Shown one piece after another: positions 19,519-29,348 of a stretch of 64,000 nt of DNA. The stretch comes from Candidatus Fusicatenibacter intestinigallinarum (GTDB lineage: Bacteria; Bacillota; Clostridia; Lachnospirales; Lachnospiraceae): assembly GCA_019119555.1 (NCBI GenBank), contig DWWU01000034.1, positions 11,032 to 75,031 of the forward strand, read 5' to 3'. A program made the translations under genes and the position numbers. A model generated the notes under the pieces. It had not been told where the DNA came from. It did not search any database and saw only the letters and a program-made list of their open reading frames with translations. How positions within the stretch are numbered: the stretch's first letter is position 1; the number at the start of each line of letters is the position of its first letter.

Positions 19519-20351
19519 TCTGTCCGCCTCCCTGCTCTTCCCCGTCTGAACCTGCGCCGGATCAGCGCCGTCACCGGAAGGAGAATGATCAGCAGGATAA
19601 TTGCAATCACGATCGCCACAACCGTACTGTTGACCTGATAAGCATCCGCCGGCACATAATCTCCTGTAGCATTGCCTGCTGTGCGGACGCCCCGCACAAG
19701 AAGCCGGTGGGAATTGATTCCGTAAGGTGTACAGGTCATCAATGTACAGTAATCCTCTTCCGGATCGATCTCAAGATCCTCAATCTCCTGAGGCTCCACA
19801 ATCCGGATCTGATCCACCTGGTAGGTCATCCGCCTGTTGAGGACCGTCACCGTAAAGGTATCGCCCTCCTCGATCTCATCCAGTTCGGTAAAGAGCTTCG
19901 CAGAGGGAAGTCCCCTGTGAGCCGAGATCACACTGTGGGTCCCTTTTCCCCCGACGGGAAAACTGGATCCCCGGAGATGCCCTGCAGCAACCTGAAGGAT
20001 AGAATCCTCCGTCCCGTGATAAATGGGAAGCTCCACTCTGATTTTCTCAATTGTCACATAACCCATGATGCCGGTGCCGGAGATATCCAGTATATCCTCG
20101 TAGTCCTCCACCTGATCGTAGTTGACGAAGGGCATGTTCACCTGGGCGAGCTTTCTGTTGTAAGCTTCCGCCTCCGCGAACATCTCATCGTAATCCTGCT
20201 CCGACATGGATGCCACCGTCTCACTGTATGTCGCAACCGCCCGGGACTGCGTCCGGGAATTCCAGTAGTCGCTCACGGTGGGATACAGCATCACGGAGAG
20301 CCCTATGATAAAAATAAGTACAAGTATAAGATTCGTCCTGTCTTTCTTCAT
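19515..20351 (-). CDS. srtC: Class C (pilus) sortase
   Basis: HSVISAHRG, TLMTCTPYGINSHRLLVRG; N- and C-terminal TMs. Confidence 0.93.
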   Translation of the reverse strand: MKKDRTNLILVLIFIIGLSVMLYPTVSDYWNSRTQSRAVATYSETVASMSEQDYDEMFAEAEAYNRKLAQVNMPFVNYDQVEDYEDILDISGTGIMGYVTIEKIRVELPIYHGTEDSILQVAAGHLRGSSFPVGGKGTHSVISAHRGLPSAKLFTELDEIEEGDTFTVTVLNRRMTYQVDQIRIVEPQEIEDLEIDPEEDYCTLMTCTPYGINSHRLLVRGVRTAGNATGDYVPADAYQVNSTVVAIVIAIILLIILLPVTALIRRRFRRGRAGRRTE

Positions 20352-20392
20352 AAATCTCTCCCTAATGCTGTCTCTGTACCGGGCCTTCGGCC

Positions 20393-20415
20393 CCGGGAGG
20401 GGAAGCCCCTCCCGG
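20393..20415 (-). other. Strong stem-loop directly downstream of the major pilin gene
   Basis: CCGGGAGGGG-AAG-CCCCTCCCGG 10-bp perfect stem, no U-tract. Confidence 0.6.
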
Positions 20416-20474
20416 AATCCGGACCCGAAGTCTTATGTATGTGCATCTGCTGCACATGGAAGCCTAAATCAAAC

Positions 20475-22136
20475 TTATCTCTCAGAAGTACGTTTTCTCG
20501 AGATGAGAACCACTGCCGCACCGATCATCAGGATCGCACCGACTGCGTAGAAGATGCGGGTTCCGATTCCGCCGGTTTCGGGGAGGGTGGTACCCTGCCG
20601 GTTTTCAACGTTTGTTGTAACTCCTGTTATATTGCTTCCATTTTCAGTTATTGAAGTAAATTGTGCTGTAACATCGTTTCCAGTTAATTTATTCTGATTC
20701 TCTGATTCTGTCTGAGATGCTTCTAAAGCACTTAAAACAAGATTATCTAAATCACCACTTGTTACGTGAGTTGCTTCTACTACAAAATAAATTGGATCAA
20801 TACTATTAAATCCCTGAGGAGTCTTTGTCTCTACCAAACGATACCATCCATCATCAATACCAGTTGCAGTAAATACAACACCTTTATCCTCATCTTTGTC
20901 GCCTTTTACAACTGTTTTAGATTCCCAGGTGGCATTTGTAGCATTGTATTTTTCAAGTGTAAACTCTGCGCCTTCCAGCGGATCACCTGCTTCATCTACT
21001 TTATTTACTTCTACCTTATAAGTAAATACGATAACTCCATCTTCCGGTGTCTTACCGGTTCCTGCACCATTCGGGTTGTTGGAATACTCCAGATATACTT
21101 TATTTGGGTTTCCTAAAGAACCTATTACTGCATTTGTTGTAAGCTGTGCCGTGTATTCTACAACGATTTTGTCTGTTGTTTCAACCGTAACGCCTGTCAG
21201 TTTTTTAACGTCAGTAATTTCTACGGTAATCGTGGTTCCGTTTGCATCATCATAAGTACTGGCAGTGATTTTACTCTGCCTCGTTATTTCAACTTTTGTT
21301 CCATCAGACTTTACGACGTTTACTGTTATGCTATCTGAATTATAAGAAAATCCCTTGGATAAAGTATCTGTGAACTTATAATTATATGTCGTATAGTCTG
21401 CCAGCGTGGACGGCATTGTTCCTTTCAGCTGGAATGGTACTGTGTCACCAATATCCCAGTCTGCAGAATCCTGCCAGGGTGCAGTCTCAACATCATCCAA
21501 ATCGGCATCGCTGTCATTTACATCTTTTACCTTTTTCTCTACGATTGGAACAGAAGCTTTTGGATTAACTGTTACATTACTTACAACCTTAAGGATCAGA
21601 CGAGTATATGCAGAATCGTCATTATCAAGGCTGTTATCCTGATCTTTAATCATATAATAACCAGCACCTGTTACAGTAATCGTGTACTGCTTAGAGTTTG
21701 ACTGTGATACTGTAGAAGTAGCTTTAGTTGTTGTTACATTTGCATTGACAATCTTAGCAAATGCCTTCGCATTTTCGTTATTATCAGAAAACACATTGGT
21801 ATCTGCCAGCTTTTCTGCTACACCCGCTGCAGTCGTTACATCCTCAAAATAGCTGTTTAAAGTGCTGTTTTCATCCTTTAATGCTGCCAGCAGAGCCTCT
21901 CCATTTACACCAGTTCCCCACTGAATATCTGTAAGAATTTTTGTATTTTCCTGTGTTGTCAAAGTTCCAGAAAATACCTGATATGCCTCATATGTATGAC
22001 TCTCGTTATCGTTTGCAACGTTATTATTAATCGTAATGATATACTGCGTTGTATCCGCCGCAAACACCGTCACATTCATCGCCAGTACCATGACCGCAGC
22101 GATCATTAATGAAAAAATTCGTTTTAACTTCTTCAT
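20475..22136 (-). CDS. Major (backbone) pilin, isopeptide-domain LPXTG protein
   Basis: Signal peptide; VNPK pilin-lysine candidate; IVEKKV; YSNNPN; E-box YRLVETKTPQGF; LPETGG, TM, RKR. Confidence 0.9.
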   Translation of the reverse strand: MKKLKRIFSLMIAAVMVLAMNVTVFAADTTQYIITINNNVANDNESHTYEAYQVFSGTLTTQENTKILTDIQWGTGVNGEALLAALKDENSTLNSYFEDVTTAAGVAEKLADTNVFSDNNENAKAFAKIVNANVTTTKATSTVSQSNSKQYTITVTGAGYYMIKDQDNSLDNDDSAYTRLILKVVSNVTVNPKASVPIVEKKVKDVNDSDADLDDVETAPWQDSADWDIGDTVPFQLKGTMPSTLADYTTYNYKFTDTLSKGFSYNSDSITVNVVKSDGTKVEITRQSKITASTYDDANGTTITVEITDVKKLTGVTVETTDKIVVEYTAQLTTNAVIGSLGNPNKVYLEYSNNPNGAGTGKTPEDGVIVFTYKVEVNKVDEAGDPLEGAEFTLEKYNATNATWESKTVVKGDKDEDKGVVFTATGIDDGWYRLVETKTPQGFNSIDPIYFVVEATHVTSGDLDNLVLSALEASQTESENQNKLTGNDVTAQFTSITENGSNITGVTTNVENRQGTTLPETGGIGTRIFYAVGAILMIGAAVVLISRKRTSER

Positions 22137-22232
22137 TCTTTTTTCTCCTTTTTCTTTACTTTCTTTTCCTTGTTACTTTTTATTTTGAAGCGGTTTCGGC
22201 TTCGACGCAAAAGGTTGTCGCCGAAGAGACTT

Positions 22233-25200
22233 TTATCCATCCCTCCTTTCCCTCTTGCGTCTCATCCGATAGCCGCCCAGCAAACAGGATGACATCATCA
22301 ATATTGCGCCACCTGTAAGGTAACCTGTAGTTCCGATTCCTCCAGTTTCGGGGAGTTCGTAGGTATCCATCTGATTTCTCGCTACAATGATAAGATTTTC
22401 ATCTCCGTTGTATGTAAATGTGTACTCCCCGGTTGTTGTCTGTCCACCGTCGAGCCCTATCCCCTTCAGCTGATAGCAGGAATCATCACTCAACACTTCT
22501 TTCAATGTATAACTCTGTCCTCTTTTAAGGTTGATCGCATTGCCATCATTATCCGTTATTTCAGAAAATCGTACGTAACCTCCCTGTGCCACTTCAAATG
22601 ATGCTAATAATTCACCCTCTTCTGAATTGCTTTCTTTGTATAATTCGAAATCAAATTTAATATCAGTATCCGCTCCAAGGTCATTATTTTCTGAATCTAC
22701 CACAACCTTTCTTATAACGGCATCTGCCTGTATCATAACGCCAACCTTAGGAGGTTCAGCAGTCAAAGTAATTGTTCCCACTGTATAGCGGTAGCCAAAG
22801 CTGTTCCATGCAATTTGTCCAGGATTTGCATCGTCAGAAATTTTTCCGTCGTAGATAATCTCCAATGTTGCTCCCGGAGCCAGCTGGAAGTTATCTGCCA
22901 TCACGATTCTGAAGGAAGTATCCCCTTCCTGCCATGTATCATGCCATCTGTTACTGTTTATTCCATTAAAATCTGCATCGCTATATGCTTCATCAACCGG
23001 GATGTCAGAAAACTCAATGGTATAGCTTGCCGAGTCAAGTACTGTTTCAATTCCATCGCTGCTAATGACCTTGATCTGTAGTGTCGCCATTATATAAGCC
23101 ACCGAGAATTCACTACCTCTTTGATCCTGCCAATTTACGGCACCCCGGTCATTAATGCCAGGCAGCCGATCTACAATAACCATGTCGTCGAAATAGCTTG
23201 AACTCACATTAGTAATATTATTTGTGTAAGTAACGATATCATCCGCGGTTTCTACGGTAATATAATTTCTTTCACCTGTCGAAGGTGTCCCTGTCGCCCA
23301 GTTGAATGAATCCTCTTTTTCCTCGATCTCCTTCCAGGAAACCGATCCGTGAGCACCAAGAGCATATACATAAGCGGAAGACTGTACTCCGGTAAAAATG
23401 CCGTTTTCGTCTCTTACCAGTTCGCCATGTCCGTCCTCTACTTTGTGGGCATCAAATTCCTGTTCCGGATAGATTGCCGCGTTATTTACATATGTCTGAT
23501 AATTTGTCGCGTCATAGAAGGTGTAGATCGTCAACACCGCATACCCGCCGGCCTTGATCGCGTAATCTCCACCATTCAGTTCAAAGCGATATGTGTTCTT
23601 CCCATCTTCGCCATTTATTTCCTCATATGGTCCTGATACGTCCAGAAGGATTCCATCTTTATTCCCCCGGTCATCATATTTCTGAAGTGTAAATCGCTGG
23701 ATGATTCTTGCTTTTTCTGCCTGTTCTTCTGTGATCAGTACAAAGGGGGCTGTTACAGCATCCTCTACACTGTAATTCTCCATGTCTATGGTCCCGTCGT
23801 TATAAAGCCGTATTTCCCATTTCACAATGGAATCAGACGCTATTATCTTATTGTCCGGAACATCCTTTGCATCCATCACCGTATCCGTATAGTTAAAATA
23901 AGAAACTGCCTCTTTCGTAATTCCCGGAACGATACCTTTCGTCGGTGTAATATCCACGGATGAGGAAATCACTCTGTATCCGTCTGTTCCCACACCTTCA
24001 TCGGTAGCAGATCCGTTATTCTGGATTGCATCGTAAGGCGTATTCTTCGTTTTTATTTCCGGATAATCCACCTGCTGTACATTGGCATCCACCTTGATAC
24101 TGGCCGTATTTGTCAGCGAAACGTCTTCTGTCACATTGTCATCAATGGAACATACTATAAGAAAGGATGTTGCCTGACCACTTTGAAGTACCAGCGGATT
24201 CTCATTACTCCTATCCCTAACGCTGAAGGTTATCCTTCCCGTGTCGTTTTCAGAAGTCTTCTTGATAAAAACATCTGCAAGTGAATTGTATTCAAGCTCG
24301 GTCTGAGCATTTCCCACATGATAATCTGCGATTTCGTTTAAAGGAGCTCCTGAAAATTCGTTTCCTGTTCCACTTCTTAAGGATACAAACGTTAATCCCT
24401 CCGGAAGTTCATCCGTCAATTCATAAATTGTCACATCACTTATACCAGTGTTTACTATACTAATACTGTATGCTACCATGTAGTCTTCCTGGTTTGGATC
24501 GTCCAAATCTATGGCGAATAAATTCTTACTGCTGAGTGTAGGATAATTGTTATATAATGCTTTTTTTGCAATTCCCCACACACTCTTCTGTAGATCCACC
24601 GATGCCTCACCGCTCTGGCGGTATCTGTTATCCAGAGAGATCTGCGTGGTCTGACCATCTCCAATTGTCACTGTGAATCCTTCATCCGGAGTGTAATCCG
24701 TTGCGCTGGAAGAACCGTTCAGTCGGTACTGGGAGTTGTAAAGAGTATAGTCACTTACTGTAGGTATAATTTCCTTGATTGTGTACTTTCCTGCTTCCAA
24801 AGTAATTGGAATAGTATAGAACTGATCTGCGTTCCACGTAAACTGTGTCAGATAATTTACCGTGAGTGTCTTACAATCTTCGGATACAGAAATATTAGCT
24901 CGTTCTCCCTCCGGTATATCATCAACTGAAGCAACAATCGGCTGTCCGTCCACTCTTTCAATCGTGAACTTAACATTCTGCATCTGTGTCCAATTATCTT
25001 CTCCAATCTGGCTTACATTGTATGAAGCAAACAGATCGCTGTTATTAATATTTACATAGATGTTTTTCGCAATGGCAATCCTGCTTCCGTCTCCTCCGTA
25101 TACGGTTACAGAATCTTCCGCCTGATCTACACGAACTGTATTGGTAAAGGATACCGCTGTCCCGTTTTTCTGATCTTCGGTCAGCTTAATCTGCGCCTGA

Positions 25201-28200
25201 TAGGTCTTTACTATGGATCCACCCGCTGGAATTGTTCCATTGATTGTCCATGTCAACACTACCCGTCCGTTATCTCTGGTCACCTTCACTGTTTCATTGT
25301 TAATAACCGTTGTATATTCAGCGCTTTGATCTATATAACCGTTTACAAATTCCTCCCAAGTCAGACCGGTATTCTGACCATTGACCAACAACTCATATCC
25401 GTAAGGCAGCATGCCGCTGGGCAGGGTATCCACAATCTCCAAATTTTCCTTCAGGCTGGGATTCTCCATATCATTGTTGATTGTCAGTGTATAATCAAAG
25501 ATCGATTCGTCCCCATATACAATACTGGTATCCTGCTCAACTGATTTATCTACTGTAATTGGATATTTCACCGGTTTTACATCACTGTCTTCTGATCCGT
25601 CATCTCCAGTAATTCTATTAGTCAGCGTCCCCCCTTCTATCTCGTCGGTATTTACATTACAGGTGTAGAAAAATACCAAAGCATCACCTGACTTCACTGG
25701 ATCTACTGTCCAGGAAAGAGTGTCGTTTTCCACAGAAAATGCCACATCATAGTTATTACCCTTCTCAGATGTCACTTGATAGGTTCTATTCTCGGTTACG
25801 TGATCGCCACCTTCTGAAAACTGTGCATACGCAAAGGTAAGTCCGCTGGGCAGTGTATCTGTAAATACAGACTGCTCTGTTGCATCCACGGAACTCGGAT
25901 TTGTCACTTCGATTCTGTAGGTGATCTGTCCACCGTTTTCAACCTGCGTTCCTTCACTGGTCTTTTCAACATCAATCACTACTTTTGCATACTCTATATC
26001 TTCATCTGTTGTGAATCCTTTATAATTTGCAGTGTTTCGAATTGTACTGCCGTTACCCAGACCTGCCATAACAGGGTCATCCGCATCCTTCACTGTTGCA
26101 TTAAATACCAGTTGAAACTCTTTCCCCACTGCAATCTCTTCTTCATGGGTCATCGTCCAGGTAATGGTATTTGTTTCAGCATTATACACAGCGTTCGACG
26201 GAAGCAAGCGAATCTGCTCCTGCGTCAATGTCAGATATACAGGAAGCGTATCCGTTACAGTATATAACTTACCCTCATCATCCATATTATCGATAGGATG
26301 ATCACCCGTGTTTTTAAATGTAATCGTATACTGGATGGTCTCTCCGGCCTGTACAGTACTCTTGTTCGCCTCCTTTGTAAATTCCGCCTCCTCATCGGAA
26401 ACCTGTGGGATCGTCGTTACTTCATCCTCACTTTTAGTTATATCATCATAATTTTTATACGGAACTGCAGTAAAATCCACATGATTCCGGATAATATCAT
26501 CGTTACTGCTGACCTGATAATAATTATCTGTCAGTTTCAGATACTGAGAATATACCCGCATCTCCAGATCCAAGTTTGACTGTTCCCGGTCTGTCAGAGA
26601 TGTGTCATTCAGATTCTGGTTTGGAATGTTCAGTTCATAGGTAATTCCGATTCGCTTTCCTGATTCAGGATCAGTTTTCCACTCAAGACTGGATACCGTA
26701 CCGCCCTGAAGCTTGGTAAATTCCATGATTACTTCGCCTGATACCGTCTTGACCTGGCCTCCCTCGATCACTGCATCATCTGGAAACCAGATATTATTTT
26801 CAAAGGTCAGCGTATCCGTAATCTCAATATGATCTGTCCAGATTGCTCCGGTATCATCGTGATTGTGTCCAATAGCGGTAATCGTATAAATCAGAGTTCC
26901 GGAAAGATTATTTGTATCCGCATGAACCGCAATGGTATTGCTGTCTACTCCATTTACTTTTTTCATAACCGGATCCCATTCATTATCGGCCGTCCATGTA
27001 AGCGTTACGCCCGAAGACGCTGTATCTTTAGTGTTGTCCCATCCGCCGCCTCCGATCGTTGTTCGTTCTTTATCCGCCTCGACTGTAATACCTGTTTTCT
27101 TAGGCATGATACCGTTTTCACTCTCAAATTCCAGATCAAAATTGGCCGTTGCCCCCTGGGGAAGTGTAAAATGTACGTAACATTCTCCATCTATCGTTTC
27201 CAGATGCAGGATGATAGTCTCATTTCCGGAAACAACCCTATGTTCGCCATTCGCATCAAATCCCTGCAGACTGAGCCCTTCCGGCAACGTTCCAAGACTG
27301 ATCCATACATCTGCGTCTCCATCCTGGTTTGCACCGGAATATGTTGCATTCACATACATAGTCAGAGGCTCACCGGTCTCCGTAGATGCAGATAACTCTC
27401 CAGAGGTCAGAAATGTGTTAATCGTAAGGCGCTGATTAACTCCACCACTGTTATTTCCGTTTTTTGTAAGATCTGAAAAGAAAGTAATCATACCAGATAA
27501 AATATCGCCATTTTCCCCGGATCTCTTTTCTATATTATTACCCTCGTTTTCTCCGGACGCCCCCTGTTGGTCTGTCACTCCTGCACACGCCACATACGCC
27601 TTACTCACCAGCCCATATCCCACGATATCGCTGCTGTCCGCGCCGTACTCATTCTTTACTACCTCATTATCAACATTTCCTTCAACCACCTGAATGGACG
27701 TCACGTTCCCGTCGTTGTCTGTCTTTACTTCACGGATGATTCCAATCTGCTGCTCTCTGTCCTGATCCTGTTTATTGAGAATAACAAGATCGCCTGCCTG
27801 GATATCCGCCGCCTTATCTGTTGTGTAATATCCGCTGCCCTCCATATCCGTGATCCACTCATTCAGGCTGTCTGTGTTCACCGGGAACTTGTCCGTCGGC
27901 ACACCTGCGTAGTTCAGGACGAACGCTGCAAAGTATGTATCCCAGTCTCCGTATATGTCATCGCCTGCCCAGTCCGCATAGCGGGTATAGCCTTTTGTGG
28001 AACCATCTTCCGTCACGCTATAGTTTTCAGTACTTTCTCTGTAACCAATCTGGCTCTCTGCGATCGCAGCCGCGTCAGTTCCCCACTGGCCGGTGAGCTC
28101 ACAGTCTGCGAATGCAGCTTTCCACTCATCCTCTGTCTCGACTGCTGCCGGATTGGAGTAACATGCTGTTGTATGGGTATGCTCTTCCATACCGCAGATC

Positions 28201-28742
28201 AGTTCTGTCCCTGTGCCGTAGCAGGTATCTGTATGAACATGCCCTGCACTCTCTTCCTGACCGCAGGTCAGTCGTTTCTCTGTGGCATAACATTCGTCAG
28301 TATGTGTATGTGCTCCTGCGCCTTCCTCCTGACCACAGGTCAGTCCGTAACATCCATCTGTATGCTGATGCTCCTCGCTCTCCTCCTGGCCGCAGACCAG
28401 ACCGTAGCATGCATCTGCATGGACATGCCCTGCGCTCTCTTCCTGACCGCAGATTCGTTCTTCCGTCCGCACCTGGGTGTAACACGCCTCCGTGTGCGTA
28501 TGGGCCCCCGCCCCCTCCTCCTGGCCGCAGACAACAGCCTGCCCATAGCACGCTTCGCTGTGTGTATGCTCCTCTTTGCCGCAGTATGTCGCTCCGCTCA
28601 TGGCAATCCCGGGCACAATGAGCTGCCAGGATACGATACCCGCCACAAGGATACTGAAGCAGGCGATGACCGCATACAGCTTTCTCCTTCTTCTTTTTTT
28701 CTCTCTCGCATTTCTGACCTGTTTTCTAACATTTTCCTGCAT
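22233..28742 (-). CDS. Giant pilus tip adhesin: His/Cys repeats, CHAP-like domain, multiple DUF11/CnaB-like Ig domains, LPETG anchor
   Basis: Long basic signal peptide; 7 CGxEE..HxH...CY repeats; repeated K...YTITxxN...DTLPxG...N domains; LPETGG, TM, basic tail. Confidence 0.85.
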   Translation of the reverse strand: MQENVRKQVRNAREKKRRRRKLYAVIACFSILVAGIVSWQLIVPGIAMSGATYCGKEEHTHSEACYGQAVVCGQEEGAGAHTHTEACYTQVRTEERICGQEESAGHVHADACYGLVCGQEESEEHQHTDGCYGLTCGQEEGAGAHTHTDECYATEKRLTCGQEESAGHVHTDTCYGTGTELICGMEEHTHTTACYSNPAAVETEDEWKAAFADCELTGQWGTDAAAIAESQIGYRESTENYSVTEDGSTKGYTRYADWAGDDIYGDWDTYFAAFVLNYAGVPTDKFPVNTDSLNEWITDMEGSGYYTTDKAADIQAGDLVILNKQDQDREQQIGIIREVKTDNDGNVTSIQVVEGNVDNEVVKNEYGADSSDIVGYGLVSKAYVACAGVTDQQGASGENEGNNIEKRSGENGDILSGMITFFSDLTKNGNNSGGVNQRLTINTFLTSGELSASTETGEPLTMYVNATYSGANQDGDADVWISLGTLPEGLSLQGFDANGEHRVVSGNETIILHLETIDGECYVHFTLPQGATANFDLEFESENGIMPKKTGITVEADKERTTIGGGGWDNTKDTASSGVTLTWTADNEWDPVMKKVNGVDSNTIAVHADTNNLSGTLIYTITAIGHNHDDTGAIWTDHIEITDTLTFENNIWFPDDAVIEGGQVKTVSGEVIMEFTKLQGGTVSSLEWKTDPESGKRIGITYELNIPNQNLNDTSLTDREQSNLDLEMRVYSQYLKLTDNYYQVSSNDDIIRNHVDFTAVPYKNYDDITKSEDEVTTIPQVSDEEAEFTKEANKSTVQAGETIQYTITFKNTGDHPIDNMDDEGKLYTVTDTLPVYLTLTQEQIRLLPSNAVYNAETNTITWTMTHEEEIAVGKEFQLVFNATVKDADDPVMAGLGNGSTIRNTANYKGFTTDEDIEYAKVVIDVEKTSEGTQVENGGQITYRIEVTNPSSVDATEQSVFTDTLPSGLTFAYAQFSEGGDHVTENRTYQVTSEKGNNYDVAFSVENDTLSWTVDPVKSGDALVFFYTCNVNTDEIEGGTLTNRITGDDGSEDSDVKPVKYPITVDKSVEQDTSIVYGDESIFDYTLTINNDMENPSLKENLEIVDTLPSGMLPYGYELLVNGQNTGLTWEEFVNGYIDQSAEYTTVINNETVKVTRDNGRVVLTWTINGTIPAGGSIVKTYQAQIKLTEDQKNGTAVSFTNTVRVDQAEDSVTVYGGDGSRIAIAKNIYVNINNSDLFASYNVSQIGEDNWTQMQNVKFTIERVDGQPIVASVDDIPEGERANISVSEDCKTLTVNYLTQFTWNADQFYTIPITLEAGKYTIKEIIPTVSDYTLYNSQYRLNGSSSATDYTPDEGFTVTIGDGQTTQISLDNRYRQSGEASVDLQKSVWGIAKKALYNNYPTLSSKNLFAIDLDDPNQEDYMVAYSISIVNTGISDVTIYELTDELPEGLTFVSLRSGTGNEFSGAPLNEIADYHVGNAQTELEYNSLADVFIKKTSENDTGRITFSVRDRSNENPLVLQSGQATSFLIVCSIDDNVTEDVSLTNTASIKVDANVQQVDYPEIKTKNTPYDAIQNNGSATDEGVGTDGYRVISSSVDITPTKGIVPGITKEAVSYFNYTDTVMDAKDVPDNKIIASDSIVKWEIRLYNDGTIDMENYSVEDAVTAPFVLITEEQAEKARIIQRFTLQKYDDRGNKDGILLDVSGPYEEINGEDGKNTYRFELNGGDYAIKAGGYAVLTIYTFYDATNYQTYVNNAAIYPEQEFDAHKVEDGHGELVRDENGIFTGVQSSAYVYALGAHGSVSWKEIEEKEDSFNWATGTPSTGERNYITVETADDIVTYTNNITNVSSSYFDDMVIVDRLPGINDRGAVNWQDQRGSEFSVAYIMATLQIKVISSDGIETVLDSASYTIEFSDIPVDEAYSDADFNGINSNRWHDTWQEGDTSFRIVMADNFQLAPGATLEIIYDGKISDDANPGQIAWNSFGYRYTVGTITLTAEPPKVGVMIQADAVIRKVVVDSENNDLGADTDIKFDFELYKESNSEEGELLASFEVAQGGYVRFSEITDNDGNAINLKRGQSYTLKEVLSDDSCYQLKGIGLDGGQTTTGEYTFTYNGDENLIIVARNQMDTYELPETGGIGTTGYLTGGAILMMSSCLLGGYRMRRKRERRDG
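28158..28583 (-). repeat. Intragenic tandem His/Cys repeats (7 units)
   Basis: C-G-x-E-E-(0-4)-H-x-H-x3-C-Y repeated 7 times. Confidence 0.9.
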
Positions 28743-28757
28743 AACTCTGCCTCACTT

Positions 28758-29348
28758 TTAACTCACAAATCCCAGTCTGTTGAGCGGCCATACACGGAAC
28801 GCCACTCTGCCAACTATCTGTTCCTGTCCTACGAAGCCCACCTCACTGCTTCTGCTGTCTATGGATACGGAACGATGATCCCCCATCACAAAGAGTTTTC
28901 CATCCGGCACCTGGCACGGAAGCTGGATATCACATTCCCCCAGGGATTTGTCTGTGACATATGGTTCGTCGAGAAGTTCTCCGTTCACGTATACATTTCC
29001 TTCTTCATCGATATCTATGTAATCTCCCGCGGTGCCGATGACACGCTTCAGGAGTATCCTGCTCTGGTAATAAAATGCAATCGGGTCGCCTGTTTCGAAG
29101 TCATCCGTCTTCTGAAGCACCAGGATCTCTCCGTCCTTCAGCACCGGCTCCATGCTGTCCCCGGATACTTGTACGACCGGGAAAAACTGGGTCGATATAA
29201 GTACTGACACCGCCGCCACCACAATCAGAAATCCGACGGTGCTCAGGAGAGTTCTGCGGAATCTCTGCCGATACTTCAGCTTCTCCCTCTCTTTCGCTAC
29301 CTCTTCCCTTGACGGGATCCGGATTTCACGCTGTTCGCTCCTGCTCAT
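28758..29348 (-). CDS. lepB: Signal peptidase I (LepB/P-type, Ser-Lys), pilus-associated
   Basis: VSGDSMEP, LLKRVIG, FVMGDHRSVSIDSR, VGRVAFRVWP; start set at ATG 29348 after AAGGAG. Confidence 0.88.
   Translation of the reverse strand: MSRSEQREIRIPSREEVAKEREKLKYRQRFRRTLLSTVGFLIVVAAVSVLISTQFFPVVQVSGDSMEPVLKDGEILVLQKTDDFETGDPIAFYYQSRILLKRVIGTAGDYIDIDEEGNVYVNGELLDEPYVTDKSLGECDIQLPCQVPDGKLFVMGDHRSVSIDSRSSEVGFVGQEQIVGRVAFRVWPLNRLGFVS

Noticed and set aside
28158-28583. Regularly spaced DNA repeats resembling a CRISPR array
   Set aside because: They are in-frame degenerate protein repeats; no cas genes and no constant repeat-spacer lengths.
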